A stretch of 50,023 nt of DNA from a virus, in IMG/VR virus record IMGVR_UViG_3300045988_155579. One strand, 5' to 3'. The notes under the pieces were generated by a model, which worked only from the letters and a program-made list of their open reading frames with translations, searched no databases and was not told where the DNA came from. Made by a program: the position numbers and the translations under genes. This document shows positions 38,598 through 48,020 of this stretch, piece after piece. Within the stretch, counting starts at the first letter, position 1; each line of letters begins with the position of its first letter.

Positions 38598-39235
38598 TTA
38601 AACCGAAACAACCGACGAAAAAAAGGCTTCCGCAGCTTTGCGGTCAGCCTCATCATCGTCCTCTGGATTTCTGCGTTGTTTGTCCTGCTGTGCGCGGATG
38701 CGTACCGCCACCGCTCCATACGGAGACAGGTTGCAGGACAGCGCAACGAAACGCCGCCATGACAGCCCCTCGATCTGCTCGGCGAGATTGATGCCGTAAT
38801 CCCGCTGGAAATCGGCTTCAATCGCATCCCAAACGTCGAGCAGACTTACTTTTTTGCCGCATCTCCCGGCAGCTTGGAGCGGCTGTCCTCATCGCTGAGT
38901 TCCTGCCCATCTTCTTCGTCGAAATCTTCAACACCGTTAATCAGCGCGAACGTTTTCTGCACGAGCAGCGACAGCATATCTACCGTCATGCCGGATTCAC
39001 AGATTTCGGTCATCGCCTTTTCGCCAAACAGCGCATCCGCCGCCGTGAAGATCATCTTGCTGTACGCCGCATTGCGGGAACTCTGGTCAGCCAGTTTCTC
39101 CGCACGCGCCATCATCAGCGGCACAATCGCCGGAATTTTGGGCGGAACGGAATAATCCTTGCCGCCGACGCGCACCGTAAGGTTTTCGCCCTTCGCTTCC
39201 TGCATAAACGTATCAAACTCAAGCACTTTAGCCAT
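38598..39235 (-). CDS. Tail assembly chaperone G-T fusion made by a programmed -1 frameshift
   Basis: Slipping at A_AAA_AAG (38849-38855) opens an 83-codon -1 frame: VSLLDVWDAIEADFQRDYGINLAEQIEGLSWRRFVALSCNLSPYG... It ends at TAA 38598-38600, just before the TMP RBS. Confidence 0.7.
38846..39235 (-). CDS. Tail assembly chaperone (gpG-like)
   Basis: It sits between the major tail protein and the TMP, has an acidic C-terminus, and has GGAGG 8 nt upstream of the ATG (MAKVLEF). Confidence 0.8.
   Translation of the reverse strand: MAKVLEFDTFMQEAKGENLTVRVGGKDYSVPPKIPAIVPLMMARAEKLADQSSRNAAYSKMIFTAADALFGEKAMTEICESGMTVDMLSLLVQKTFALINGVEDFDEEDGQELSDEDSRSKLPGDAAKK
38849..38855 (-). promoter_or_regulatory. 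Slippery heptamer A_AAA_AAG for the -1 frameshift
   Basis: The minus strand reads GCA AAA AAG TAA. This is the same heptamer class as the dnaX frameshift site, and it lies directly on the gpG stop codon. Confidence 0.7.
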
Positions 39236-39257
39236 GTGTTTTTCCTCCATTCACTTC

Positions 39258-39289
39258 AAAAAAAGAGGGAGAAGCGCTTCGCTCCTCCC
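39258..39289 (-). terminator. Intra-operon terminator/attenuator after the major tail protein gene
   Basis: Minus-strand hairpin GGGAGGAGC..GCTTCTCCC (about 39267-39289) followed by TTTTTTT (complement of 39258-39264). Confidence 0.55.
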
Positions 39290-39310
39290 CTGTTATATGT
39301 GCTGCCACTC

Positions 39311-40051
39311 TTACGAGGCGGCCGTAACGGTTACAGCAATGCTGGCCGTTTTCGCGCCATTGACGCTAGTGATGACGATGTTCGCCGTGCCTTCCCCAAC
39401 CGCCGTGAGCGTAAAGCCGCTTTCGGTGATATCCGACACCTGAACAACGCTTCGCTTGTTGTTGGCCACGCGGAATCGCTGATTCGACGCATTTTCGGGC
39501 GTGAACTCCACGTCGATGAGCTTCGGGCTGTCGCCGACCTTCATTTCCAGCGTGGCCGCCGCCGTTCCGCCAGACTTGGCCGCGACGGCCTTCACCTGCA
39601 CATACTGAATCGGTTCGGCCTCGCCGACCTGTTCCAGAGACCACGTCACGCTGTTATCGCTGTCGTCGCTCGACTCCTCGGCGCTGGTCACAACGTAATC
39701 CGCAATCCAGCCGTGACCATACGGGTCAACGAATTTGAGCGTACAGTCGGAATCGCATCCGCTCATTTCGGCGTACTCGTTCAGCATCTCCTGTCCGGGG
39801 TCAACTTCGCCGGTCGCTTCAATAACCTTCTTGTCGCCTTCCAAGTCACAGGAGCTGGAACGCTTGGTGATGTACGGCTCTGCCCAGATATCGGTATCCG
39901 CGCTGCCGTCCTCGGTTTCACCCTCGATGGTGCGCGTCAGGCTGGTCAGGCCATAAATCCGCACGAACTGCTGCGTGGCAACGTCGAGAATCGACACCAC
40001 CCAGTTGCGGATATTGACAGGGCAACCGTTTTTTCTGCCCTTCTTGCCCAT
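39311..40051 (-). CDS. Major tail protein with a C-terminal Ig-like (Big_2-type) domain
   Basis: Position in the tail module. The C-terminal 100 aa (VGDSPKLIDVEFTPENASNQRF...TAVGEGTANIVITSVNGAKTASIAVTV) is Big_2-like. GGAGGG RBS. Confidence 0.8.
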   Translation of the reverse strand: MGKKGRKNGCPVNIRNWVVSILDVATQQFVRIYGLTSLTRTIEGETEDGSADTDIWAEPYITKRSSSCDLEGDKKVIEATGEVDPGQEMLNEYAEMSGCDSDCTLKFVDPYGHGWIADYVVTSAEESSDDSDNSVTWSLEQVGEAEPIQYVQVKAVAAKSGGTAAATLEMKVGDSPKLIDVEFTPENASNQRFRVANNKRSVVQVSDITESGFTLTAVGEGTANIVITSVNGAKTASIAVTVTAAS

Positions 40052-40065
40052 GTGCTTCCCTCCAA

Positions 40066-40467
40066 TCAAAAATCACAGTAATAAATCAGATAGTTGCTGG
40101 AATACAGCTCGCGTCCCCTTGTGTCCGTACCGAGTCCTTGCGCAGAATTGACAGTTTCCACCCGAACGCTTACGCCGTCTCCGGCCATGAATCCGATAAA
40201 GCCCTCCAGCTCTTCGGTAATCCTGCATGCCGTTTCATACGGCCATTGAACATCGCCGACACCGCCGCGCGTATAGATTTGAATCCTCGCGCCGTCTTTT
40301 CTCCCCGAAAACCCCGTATCCGTGGAAAAAATGCAGATTGCGCAATCCGGGCTGTCCGGCAAATGCCCCCAGAAGATATTCCCGTCCTGTTCTTCCGTGG
40401 CGCATAAGCCAAGCCCCAAAAATTCAAGATGGTTGGCCATCTGTTCGATCAGATTCACGCGCTTCAT
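40066..40467 (-). CDS. Tail completion / head-tail joining protein
   Basis: Position and size within the conserved connector gene array. Confidence 0.55.
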   Translation of the reverse strand: MKRVNLIEQMANHLEFLGLGLCATEEQDGNIFWGHLPDSPDCAICIFSTDTGFSGRKDGARIQIYTRGGVGDVQWPYETACRITEELEGFIGFMAGDGVSVRVETVNSAQGLGTDTRGRELYSSNYLIYYCDF

Positions 40468-40829
40468 CCTCCAAGGTCTTCACCCATTGCGTCCGCCAGC
40501 ACGGCCAGCGCTTCCCGCTGAACGCCCTTATCATTGATGGGGTCTTCCAGATACTTGGCCTTTCGGCCTCGCTGGTGACGAAAATGCCGATTCTCATGCT
40601 GAACAACCGCATACGGCGTATCGTATGAAATCGTGCCGGATAAGCCATCCTCTGCCACATCCACAACGCAGGAGTTTTTCAGCGGCCCCATGTCCAACGG
40701 CACCTGATCTTTAGAAACAGATGCGATATGGTCAAGCATGGCAAACGTTCCCCTTTTGCCGCCGGACTGCACCTGCCGCTGAATCAGCGTTTTGTCGATT
40801 TTGACGCGCACCTTTCCGTGTCTGCTCAT
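40464..40829 (-). CDS. HK97 gp10-like head-tail connector component
   Basis: The segment YDTPYAVVQHENRHFRHQRGRKAKYLEDP resembles the gp10/minor-capsid family. It has overlapping start/stop codons with both neighbours. Confidence 0.65.
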   Translation of the reverse strand: MSRHGKVRVKIDKTLIQRQVQSGGKRGTFAMLDHIASVSKDQVPLDMGPLKNSCVVDVAEDGLSGTISYDTPYAVVQHENRHFRHQRGRKAKYLEDPINDKGVQREALAVLADAMGEDLGG

Positions 40830-41143
40830 TCGAGCTGCACTTCCAGATGCGAATATGCCCCAAATCCGTGCATTTGGCTACACTGAATCACGCGCATTTT
40901 CGCCCCTTCACACTCGACGATGCTGTTTACGGGAATCGGCGGTATTGGACAGAACATCAGCGCAGAGGCCACGGTCTCGGTAATAGATCCGTCAGGATTT
41001 TTATAGACGACTTTCGTCTTTTTCCCGAACTCCATCCTGCATTTTCGTACTTCTTCGAGGCCGTACAGCGCCTTTCCGCCCGCATAACGCTCAAAAGGCT
41101 TAATGCGCGCCTCCTGCGTCATCAGCATATCAATCAGGGACAT
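40826..41143 (-). CDS. Head closure / head-tail adaptor protein
   Basis: Position and size. It is translationally coupled to its neighbours. Confidence 0.55.
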   Translation of the reverse strand: MSLIDMLMTQEARIKPFERYAGGKALYGLEEVRKCRMEFGKKTKVVYKNPDGSITETVASALMFCPIPPIPVNSIVECEGAKMRVIQCSQMHGFGAYSHLEVQLE

Positions 41144-41469
41144 GCTGCCATCCTCCCTTCAAGCCCACGATAAAGCAGCCCAGCCAGCAACAGCTCGCTG
41201 TATGCCGCATCGCAAATCGTCTTGCGGGTCAGTTTGCCAGTGAACGCCGAATCATCAAACGATGCCGAAAAGTGGCCGATTGCGACCGACGTTACCCCTT
41301 CGGGTAAGCTCATGCCCACAGCCGCGCGCCGCTGACGCTCGTGTTCAATCTGGTAGTTGACAGCCCGCTCAAATGCAGCCCGCTCAAAATCGCTGATTGG
41401 TACATTCGGAAAGATGAATCCGCTCATCTTCGCCCGCATGTTAATCATGTCGTTTTCCTCAATGGGCAT
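41134..41469 (-). CDS. Head-tail connector (gp6-like) protein
   Basis: It is the first small gene after the major capsid gene. Assigned by position and size only. Confidence 0.55.
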   Translation of the reverse strand: MPIEENDMINMRAKMSGFIFPNVPISDFERAAFERAVNYQIEHERQRRAAVGMSLPEGVTSVAIGHFSASFDDSAFTGKLTRKTICDAAYSELLLAGLLYRGLEGRMAACP

Positions 41470-41537
41470 CGGCTTATCTTCATCTCCTCAAATGAAACTT
41501 CGGGCGGACAACCCGCACCCGCCCGATACCTTCCGGC

Positions 41538-42788
41538 TTACGCGCCGGTCGCGGTATACTTGGCCATAATCGTCACGGTGTTGCCGTTCACACGCTCCAC
41601 AGTGACTTTGGCCTCGGAGGACTTGGGCAGGCCGCTGATATTGGCCGCGCCAAACGTCGCCGGGAACATATACCCATCCTCAGCGGTCAGTGTTACTTTG
41701 ACCGTATAGACGGTAGACGCTGCAAAGCTGTCCGCAGCCGGCAGCCATTCAATGCCCGCCGTATAGCCGTCACCGCCATCGTGCGCGGCCTGTGGAGCTG
41801 CCGCCTTGACAGGCTTCGTTACCTTGAACGTCGCCGCATCAATGGTGTGAACGGTCGTCGGCAGAAGCACGGCAAACGGGTAATAGTTCGTGCCGGAAAC
41901 CATGTTCATCGGCTTCGGCAGTGCCCAGCCAAGGCGCATGACAGCTCGAATTGCGCAGCAATCCTGCTGGGCAAGGTTGAGCAGCACCTTGCCGGAATCG
42001 TCGGTGAGAGACGCTTCCGTCAGAATCTTGTAGGTGATATCCTGCCGAATCGCATAGCGCATGAGGTTCCAGTTGCCAGCCAGCAGAAGTGCCTGCTTGC
42101 CGTCAAAAGAACCATTCATCGGGAAATCAATCTCGCTGCCGTTCAGTTCATACAGCGCTTTACCCGCCGTGCCGTTGCTGTACGCCAGTCGGAAAATCGG
42201 CTGTCGGTTCGCATCCACCGCGCCGCGCAGCTTTGCACGGAGCTGAAGCGCACCGATAAAGGCATCGACAGGCAGACCCTTTTCCTCAACGAGCGCAATC
42301 ACGCCATCCTCGCCGTTGATGTCCTGATACAGGTCGCCAGTCATCGGGCGCACCTTGCCCGCCTTAATCGCGCCGCTGACCAGACCTTCCGGCCACGTGT
42401 CCGGCTTGTTCGTGCCGTGGAATACGGCCATGTCGATGACCTTGGCGAATGCCTCCTCGATGCGCGGCTGCACCTCGCCCCAGATGTCGTAATCCGCATC
42501 ATCCAGCACCGCGTCAGGAATCGGCACGATGACGGCAACCTCCTCCGCCACGATGTTGACCTTTTCCCACGTCAAACCGCTGGTCGGCTTGAGGCCAACG
42601 TCGCCATTGACGAAGCCAGCAGCCACAGAACCCGTCAGCACAGGAATCTTCTGCTGCTTCGCCGTCATGTTCGGCATACGGTAGCCGCGACGCAGCGCCA
42701 CAGAACGCGTTGCAACGTTCTGAATAATCGTCTTGGATACCTGCTCGGGAATAAGCGCTTCCGCGCTGTTGCGGTTAATCATGTTCAT
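41538..42788 (-). CDS. Major capsid protein (HK97 fold) with a C-terminal Ig-like extension
   Basis: The N-terminal 300 aa match the typical HK97-family pattern (NMTAKQQKIPVL...VAEEVAVIVPIPDAVLDDADYDIW). An extra beta-rich segment of about 100 aa lies at the C-terminus. Confidence 0.88.
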   Translation of the reverse strand: MNMINRNSAEALIPEQVSKTIIQNVATRSVALRRGYRMPNMTAKQQKIPVLTGSVAAGFVNGDVGLKPTSGLTWEKVNIVAEEVAVIVPIPDAVLDDADYDIWGEVQPRIEEAFAKVIDMAVFHGTNKPDTWPEGLVSGAIKAGKVRPMTGDLYQDINGEDGVIALVEEKGLPVDAFIGALQLRAKLRGAVDANRQPIFRLAYSNGTAGKALYELNGSEIDFPMNGSFDGKQALLLAGNWNLMRYAIRQDITYKILTEASLTDDSGKVLLNLAQQDCCAIRAVMRLGWALPKPMNMVSGTNYYPFAVLLPTTVHTIDAATFKVTKPVKAAAPQAAHDGGDGYTAGIEWLPAADSFAASTVYTVKVTLTAEDGYMFPATFGAANISGLPKSSEAKVTVERVNGNTVTIMAKYTATGA

Positions 42789-42821
42789 GTTGTTCTCCTG
42801 TCTGTCCTTTCGGACGGTCGA

Positions 42822-43397
42822 TTATCGGCCTGCCGCACGGCGAATCTCATCATTCACCTGCTGGTTAGTCATTTCTGCACCTGCGCCGCCGCTGTGCGTA
42901 TCCAAACCGCCGCGGCCGCCAGGCAGATTGCCGAAAAGATACGGCTGTGCAGTTTTCATCGGGTTAAGCTGATCATCCAGCCCTTCAAGCTTCCCGTCCT
43001 TCTGTGTCACCTTGTCCATGTCAATCAGGCGCACCAGCAGTTCGGGGTCTCGCGCGCCAGCATTTCGCAGCTCCGCGAGAATCAGCCCCTTCTTCGCGCT
43101 GTCGGCGATGGTCTTATCCCGCGCAGCCAAGTCAGCAGTCAACTGCGCGACCTGCTGATTAAGCGCGGCCGCGTTCGCTCCGGCTGCCTGTGCCTGTTGA
43201 AGCTGGGTGTTCAGTTGGGTAATCTGCGAGCTAAGCTGTCGCTTGTCCGCGTCATACTTGGCCTTGGGGATGTATGCTCCATCTCCCACATTGGCGAGTT
43301 GGATGCCCTGTGCAGCGGCCATCTTCTCGGCAAACTGGCCGAAAAGCTCCTCACCGAGAACGGGCTTGAGGTAATCATAGTTCGGGGTATCAGACAT
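42822..43397 (-). CDS. Capsid scaffolding protein (GP20-like)
   Basis: Coiled-coil Gln/Ala-rich core, located directly upstream of the capsid gene. The N-terminus YLKPVLGEELFGQFAEKM is typical. Confidence 0.8.
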   Translation of the reverse strand: MSDTPNYDYLKPVLGEELFGQFAEKMAAAQGIQLANVGDGAYIPKAKYDADKRQLSSQITQLNTQLQQAQAAGANAAALNQQVAQLTADLAARDKTIADSAKKGLILAELRNAGARDPELLVRLIDMDKVTQKDGKLEGLDDQLNPMKTAQPYLFGNLPGGRGGLDTHSGGAGAEMTNQQVNDEIRRAAGR

Positions 43398-43534
43398 TTG
43401 CTTTTCCTCCTTTTTCTGGTCATCCGCTTTGACTTTTGGACGGGCTGTCTCCCGCTCGGCGGAGCGCGCGAAACCCGCGCGCCGGGCAAAACAAAAGAGC
43501 GCTCTCCAAAAAGAATCGCTCTGATGGTCATGGA

Positions 43535-43771
43535 TTATTTGACGCTCGGCAGTCCGGCATCCTCCAGCATTTGCACCGTATCGGAGACGAACTGGCTCAC
43601 AGCCTCCTGCACATCCTGCCTATGCGCCATGCAGTAGTCCTTGTCGATCTGCTCAATCTGGAGGATGATTTCGCCGGAATCATAGGACAGCCGTAAAGCA
43701 AGCACCTGCCTCTTTTCTTCGTCCCGAAGCGTTCTGCTAAAGCTCCTTCTCTCCTCGTTGCCAATCAGCAT
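43535..43771 (-). CDS. Hypothetical protein (78 aa)
   Basis: ORF in the head module. No family recognised. Confidence 0.5.
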   Translation of the reverse strand: MLIGNEERRSFSRTLRDEEKRQVLALRLSYDSGEIILQIEQIDKDYCMAHRQDVQEAVSQFVSDTVQMLEDAGLPSVK

Positions 43772-43774
43772 AGA

Positions 43775-43999
43775 TTATTCCCCCTTCTTTTCTGCCTGTT
43801 CGGTGGAACTGTTAATCATGGCTTTCAGTCTGTCAAATGCGTCTACAACGTTGGCCGCCTTATACGTGCTGCAAACATGACGGCGAAAAAGCTCGCTCTG
43901 ACAGGTATGGTAATGCAAATCTGCCAACGCACAGGCGTTAAACAATTCATAGATCTGCTTCGCATCTTCCATCGTCAGACAAACCGTATTTTTCTGCAC
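43775..43999 (-). CDS. Hypothetical protein (74 aa)
   Basis: ORF in the head module. No family recognised. Confidence 0.5.
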   Translation of the reverse strand: MQKNTVCLTMEDAKQIYELFNACALADLHYHTCQSELFRRHVCSTYKAANVVDAFDRLKAMINSSTEQAEKKGE

Positions 44000-44011
44000 C
44001 TGTTATGCCTC

Positions 44012-45115
44012 CTACTTTTTCATTTTTCGCGCTGCATCGCTGAGCTTCACCCTGCCGCCCTCGCGGTCATAATGCCGAAGAAGCGTCGTCGGCGCGTTCT
44101 GAATGTGCTGGCGTGTAATCCGCTGCCACTTGCGCACCATGTTGAACGCTTCCCGTTCTTCCTCCGGCGTTGCCGCTGCTGCCTGCCGCCGTTTATACCT
44201 CCGAATCTGCCGTTCACAGTACCGTTGGCGGCTGCGGGCTGTATACCCTTCGGACGGCTGCTGTACAGCCTGCGGTCGACTGCGCAGTGTTCCATGCGTG
44301 ATGCCCTCGTGATAAATGGAAATATGATGCAGACACCGCGGATGGAACACTCCTGCGGCGTAAGCGTCATCCAAGCTCGGATAACGATGATTCGTTCCAG
44401 AAACGGAAACCACAACGCCCTGCCATGCTTCACAAAGCGGGCAAGCATCCATGTGCGATGAAATCATCGCCAAATCATAACCGTAGCTCTGCATAGTATC
44501 GGTATACCCGCTGACGGTCGCCTGCGTGATTGCAGTCAGCACCGCCATTTCCGCGTATGTTCCCATCTGCCATGTCCGCCCGGAACGGTCAACAAAGGAC
44601 GATATGCCCTTATCGGCAAAGTCCCGAAGGGCGCGTCCAACCGCTTCCCGATAGGTGATGCTGCCCGTTGCCACGAGCGCCGACGCATCGGCTATCACAT
44701 CCGCATACGCATCATCGCATTGGCGGAGAATCCTTCGGTCTGCCGCATCCAGTCGCCTGTTGAGATCGGACAAGATATCGGCTACCTTTGCGCTGTTCGG
44801 CGCAATATGCAAAATGCCGATGGATTGCGCGTATGCTTTCGCATCCGCAAAGCACCATTTCTGTGCGTCTGCATAGGCCGTTTCCAGCGTGTCCGATGTA
44901 ATCTTCCCTCTGTTCTTTGTCAGAGCGGCAAGCAGCTCGGAAAGTTGGCGGTGTACCTGCGCTGTTTCGGACAGCTTTCTTTCGGCCCATCCAGGCGCGT
45001 TCACACCCTTCAGCAGCCTGCGTGCAACGCGGCGAATCATGGTCAGCTCCGCTTCGTTGTAAACCTCAAGCACCTGCTGCGCAAGGCTCTCGTATTCGCC
45101 TACGGGGATTGCCAT
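44012..45115 (-). CDS. Head morphogenesis / minor capsid protein (SPP1 gp7 / Mu F-like)
   Basis: It follows the portal gene. The conserved segment DACPLCEAWQGVVVS...FHPRCLH is typical of the family. Confidence 0.8.
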   Translation of the reverse strand: MAIPVGEYESLAQQVLEVYNEAELTMIRRVARRLLKGVNAPGWAERKLSETAQVHRQLSELLAALTKNRGKITSDTLETAYADAQKWCFADAKAYAQSIGILHIAPNSAKVADILSDLNRRLDAADRRILRQCDDAYADVIADASALVATGSITYREAVGRALRDFADKGISSFVDRSGRTWQMGTYAEMAVLTAITQATVSGYTDTMQSYGYDLAMISSHMDACPLCEAWQGVVVSVSGTNHRYPSLDDAYAAGVFHPRCLHHISIYHEGITHGTLRSRPQAVQQPSEGYTARSRQRYCERQIRRYKRRQAAAATPEEEREAFNMVRKWQRITRQHIQNAPTTLLRHYDREGGRVKLSDAARKMKK

Positions 45116-45129
45116 GCTTATTCATCCCC

Positions 45130-46683
45130 CTATTCCTCCTGCTCATCTTCCAGCGGCGCATGCTGCTTATTCGGCAGCGGTGCATAATCACCCAGCCGCG
45201 CATCCGGCTCATCCATGCCGATTCCGTTTTCCTCATAAATCAGCTTGACTTCGGCAGCAACCTGCGTCTCGTCCCAATCAGGATGCAGCATGCGCACCTT
45301 TGTCTGTACGCTGGCCGACTGCGCGCGGTTAATCATCTCAATCGTGGAGGATGTGGTCGCCATATCGCTGGCAAAGATGCCCGGAAAGCGCACATGCACA
45401 TGGATTTCCTGCGAGCTGCCCTTCTTCGGGTACAGCCGCGCGTCAAGATGGAGCATGGCTGTCAGCAATCCTTCCAGCGTATCCTGCCAATACGTCTGCT
45501 TTTTGGCACACGTTGAATAGGATTTCTTCTCACGAATTCGAAGTGCCGTACCCGATTGCGCCATTCCCTCAATGTCGATGCCGAAAGTCTGCGGCGAATA
45601 TCCTGCGCCTGTGACAATTTCCCTGACAAGCGCAACACATGTTTTCTGATGTTCATCCGCTCTGATGGAAAATTGAGAAGGCGTAATCTTATTGGATTCA
45701 CCATCGCCACCTAAAGAACCGCTTTGGGTGTCCAGTGCGACCAGCGTCTCGACATCTTCATCAAACTCAAACGTCGGTGGGCGATTCATGCTGTCGCCAA
45801 ACATTTCTTCCGGCTTGCGTCGAAGAAACTGTGCGGGAACAATCAGCCGTGCTTTGGCCAATCTGATATCCCGCATCCAGCTCGAATAGGATTCATCAAG
45901 CGCATCCATCAGATCACGAAGATTGTCATAATCGCTGCGCCCCATGTACGAGCCTCGGAACATCCGATTGGGTTTGATATTCGGCACATGAACGGCCAGA
46001 ATCTCATCCGTTCCCGTGCTCACTTCCGGCTCAATGCCCAGCTTTTGCACCTCGTCATCGCTCATCTGTGCACCGAGGCTGTCCAAAGTGCCGCGATAAA
46101 GTCTGGTGGAAATCCGCTTCGGTTCATACAGCTCATACGCACGGATGACGCTCTGAACATTGCCGGACGCGCTGCGTTCTTCCTCAATGATTGTGAAGAA
46201 GTGAATCGCCCGAAGCGTTCCAAGCCTGTATTCCGGCCACGCATCATCACCCTGCACAACGCGAATCATCGGGCAGGACAGGCGCAGCACATCCCATGCA
46301 ATTTTGAGATACACGTCGCCGAGCGCCGCCGCGCTTTCCGCCGCCTCGTTGAGCAGCGCCGACATGGCGTTGATTCGCAGAATCTCCTCCAGCCTTTTCT
46401 GACCTTCTCCGTTCGGCTGTTCCTTCATATCATCCACACAGATGATTTTGGGATGTTCACCAAAAAGCAGGTCGCTGCCCGTCGTGGCAATGTCAGCCGC
46501 AATCGGCACATGGATTTTCTGCTTGCTCGCCCGCCGCCAGAAAGATTTAGGCTTGGCCGTCTTTCTCAACGCCTTTTCTGCGCCGCAATAAACAGCGGAA
46601 TATGGCGCATAATACGCGCTTCGATGCGCCATCAGCGCCGCCCACGCCTGTTCCGGCGCAAGCACAGTCGTCTGCTCGTCCAT
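45130..46683 (-). CDS. Portal protein (SPP1 gp6-like)
   Basis: Size (517 aa), position after terL, and an acidic C-terminus. Confidence 0.85.
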   Translation of the reverse strand: MDEQTTVLAPEQAWAALMAHRSAYYAPYSAVYCGAEKALRKTAKPKSFWRRASKQKIHVPIAADIATTGSDLLFGEHPKIICVDDMKEQPNGEGQKRLEEILRINAMSALLNEAAESAAALGDVYLKIAWDVLRLSCPMIRVVQGDDAWPEYRLGTLRAIHFFTIIEEERSASGNVQSVIRAYELYEPKRISTRLYRGTLDSLGAQMSDDEVQKLGIEPEVSTGTDEILAVHVPNIKPNRMFRGSYMGRSDYDNLRDLMDALDESYSSWMRDIRLAKARLIVPAQFLRRKPEEMFGDSMNRPPTFEFDEDVETLVALDTQSGSLGGDGESNKITPSQFSIRADEHQKTCVALVREIVTGAGYSPQTFGIDIEGMAQSGTALRIREKKSYSTCAKKQTYWQDTLEGLLTAMLHLDARLYPKKGSSQEIHVHVRFPGIFASDMATTSSTIEMINRAQSASVQTKVRMLHPDWDETQVAAEVKLIYEENGIGMDEPDARLGDYAPLPNKQHAPLEDEQEE

Positions 46684-46700
46684 GATTCAATCCTCCCTGT

Positions 46701-48020
46701 TTATCCAACCGTCGCCAGATATCCGGCATATGGATAGATGCTGTATTCGGAGCTATCCAGCGCATCGACGGGGTACGAACCATTATCCAGCCGCATCCAT
46801 TCGCCTTTTTCATAGGCTGCCTCATCCCACGTTGCCATCTGCAACGCCTCGTGCCACGGCGCAAGATGTTCGGCCACATGATACCGCCCCTGCATCAGCA
46901 GCATGCAGACCAGCTCAATTCGTGCTCTGATGCCGTCCGACTTATCCGTTCCGATGACCGCAATTCTCCCCATGCCCTGCTTACTTAGTTCTTCCCGCAG
47001 AGCAGCACGAAAAAGTTTTGCCGCACTATCCACATAAACGTTGGCAATTTGTGGATAAATCCGCGTCCACGGTTTCAGCCATTCAGCAATGGCCCGCGCA
47101 TACCTCGCCTCGGTCATCTTCTCGCTGATTCCCTGTTTATGGTAAAGGCCGTCGATATGCACCACATCCCGCCACCCCGACGTGATACCAGTAAGGGTTG
47201 CGCAAGTCGCATCTGTGCCGCCCACGTCCACGCCAACGGCCATCTCGATAAATCGCTTTCCTGCAATCCATTCGCGCCCTACGGCCACCTGATCTCGCAC
47301 ATAGCTGTCATAAATTCGGCCTCGCGCCGATGTGCGCAAGCCCTGAATGTCCGACTGAAACCAGATGGAACTTTGGTCGTATTTGGCGAGCTCTGTCCGA
47401 AGCTGCTCATTGCTGAGCGATAAGTTGTCCAGAATTGTAAAATGCTCGTAGTTGTAGCCGGGGTTCTCTCCCCGCTTTTTCAATTTGTCCTGATAATCCA
47501 GAAATTCATGATAGAACCAATGGCTTGGCGGCTTTGGGTTCAGGTCAAAAAAGACCTGCCGCCTGTTCGACGCAAGCGTTCGGTCGATACACTCTTTCAC
47601 AAAGGTTTCGTGACACTCGTTGACCTCAGTAATATATACCGTACCATAGCTGTTGCCTTTGATTCGCGCCGCATCATCCGCTTTCTTTCCTCCGGCAAAG
47701 AGCACAATCTTCTGCCCTCTCACCGATTGGATGAACAGACAATCTCGCGCCTGATACTTTCCTTCCCTGCACCGCCCATCAAAAATCGCTTTGAGACCGA
47801 AGCCGTTTGAATCCAGAATATTCATCTTCGCCGCCGATACCGATGTGCCGGCCGCAAGGTGTATTTTGTCCGGGTGCGTATCCAGCGCCGCCGCCCACGC
47901 CACCAGATTGATGATGTTCTTGCCCGCGCGTTTGCCGCCCTCAGCGACGTTGAGCCAGCAACTTTGACAGCGCCGGATATACTCGGCCTGCTTCACTGTA
48001 AACGGTGCGTACTTTATCAC
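46701..48020 (-). CDS. terL: Terminase large subunit (PBSX-like family)
   Basis: The N-terminal ATPase has VAEGGKRAGKN (Walker A-like) and the C-terminal part is a nuclease domain. The GTG start forms a GTGA overlap with terS. Confidence 0.9.
   Translation of the reverse strand: MIKYAPFTVKQAEYIRRCQSCWLNVAEGGKRAGKNIINLVAWAAALDTHPDKIHLAAGTSVSAAKMNILDSNGFGLKAIFDGRCREGKYQARDCLFIQSVRGQKIVLFAGGKKADDAARIKGNSYGTVYITEVNECHETFVKECIDRTLASNRRQVFFDLNPKPPSHWFYHEFLDYQDKLKKRGENPGYNYEHFTILDNLSLSNEQLRTELAKYDQSSIWFQSDIQGLRTSARGRIYDSYVRDQVAVGREWIAGKRFIEMAVGVDVGGTDATCATLTGITSGWRDVVHIDGLYHKQGISEKMTEARYARAIAEWLKPWTRIYPQIANVYVDSAAKLFRAALREELSKQGMGRIAVIGTDKSDGIRARIELVCMLLMQGRYHVAEHLAPWHEALQMATWDEAAYEKGEWMRLDNGSYPVDALDSSEYSIYPYAGYLATVG

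Noticed and set aside
38576-38827. An 83-aa M-initiated minus-strand ORF between the chaperone and tape-measure genes.
   Set aside because: It is Arg-rich and implausible as a protein. The region is better explained by the -1 frameshift extension of gpG, which gives a typical gpT-like sequence in a different frame.
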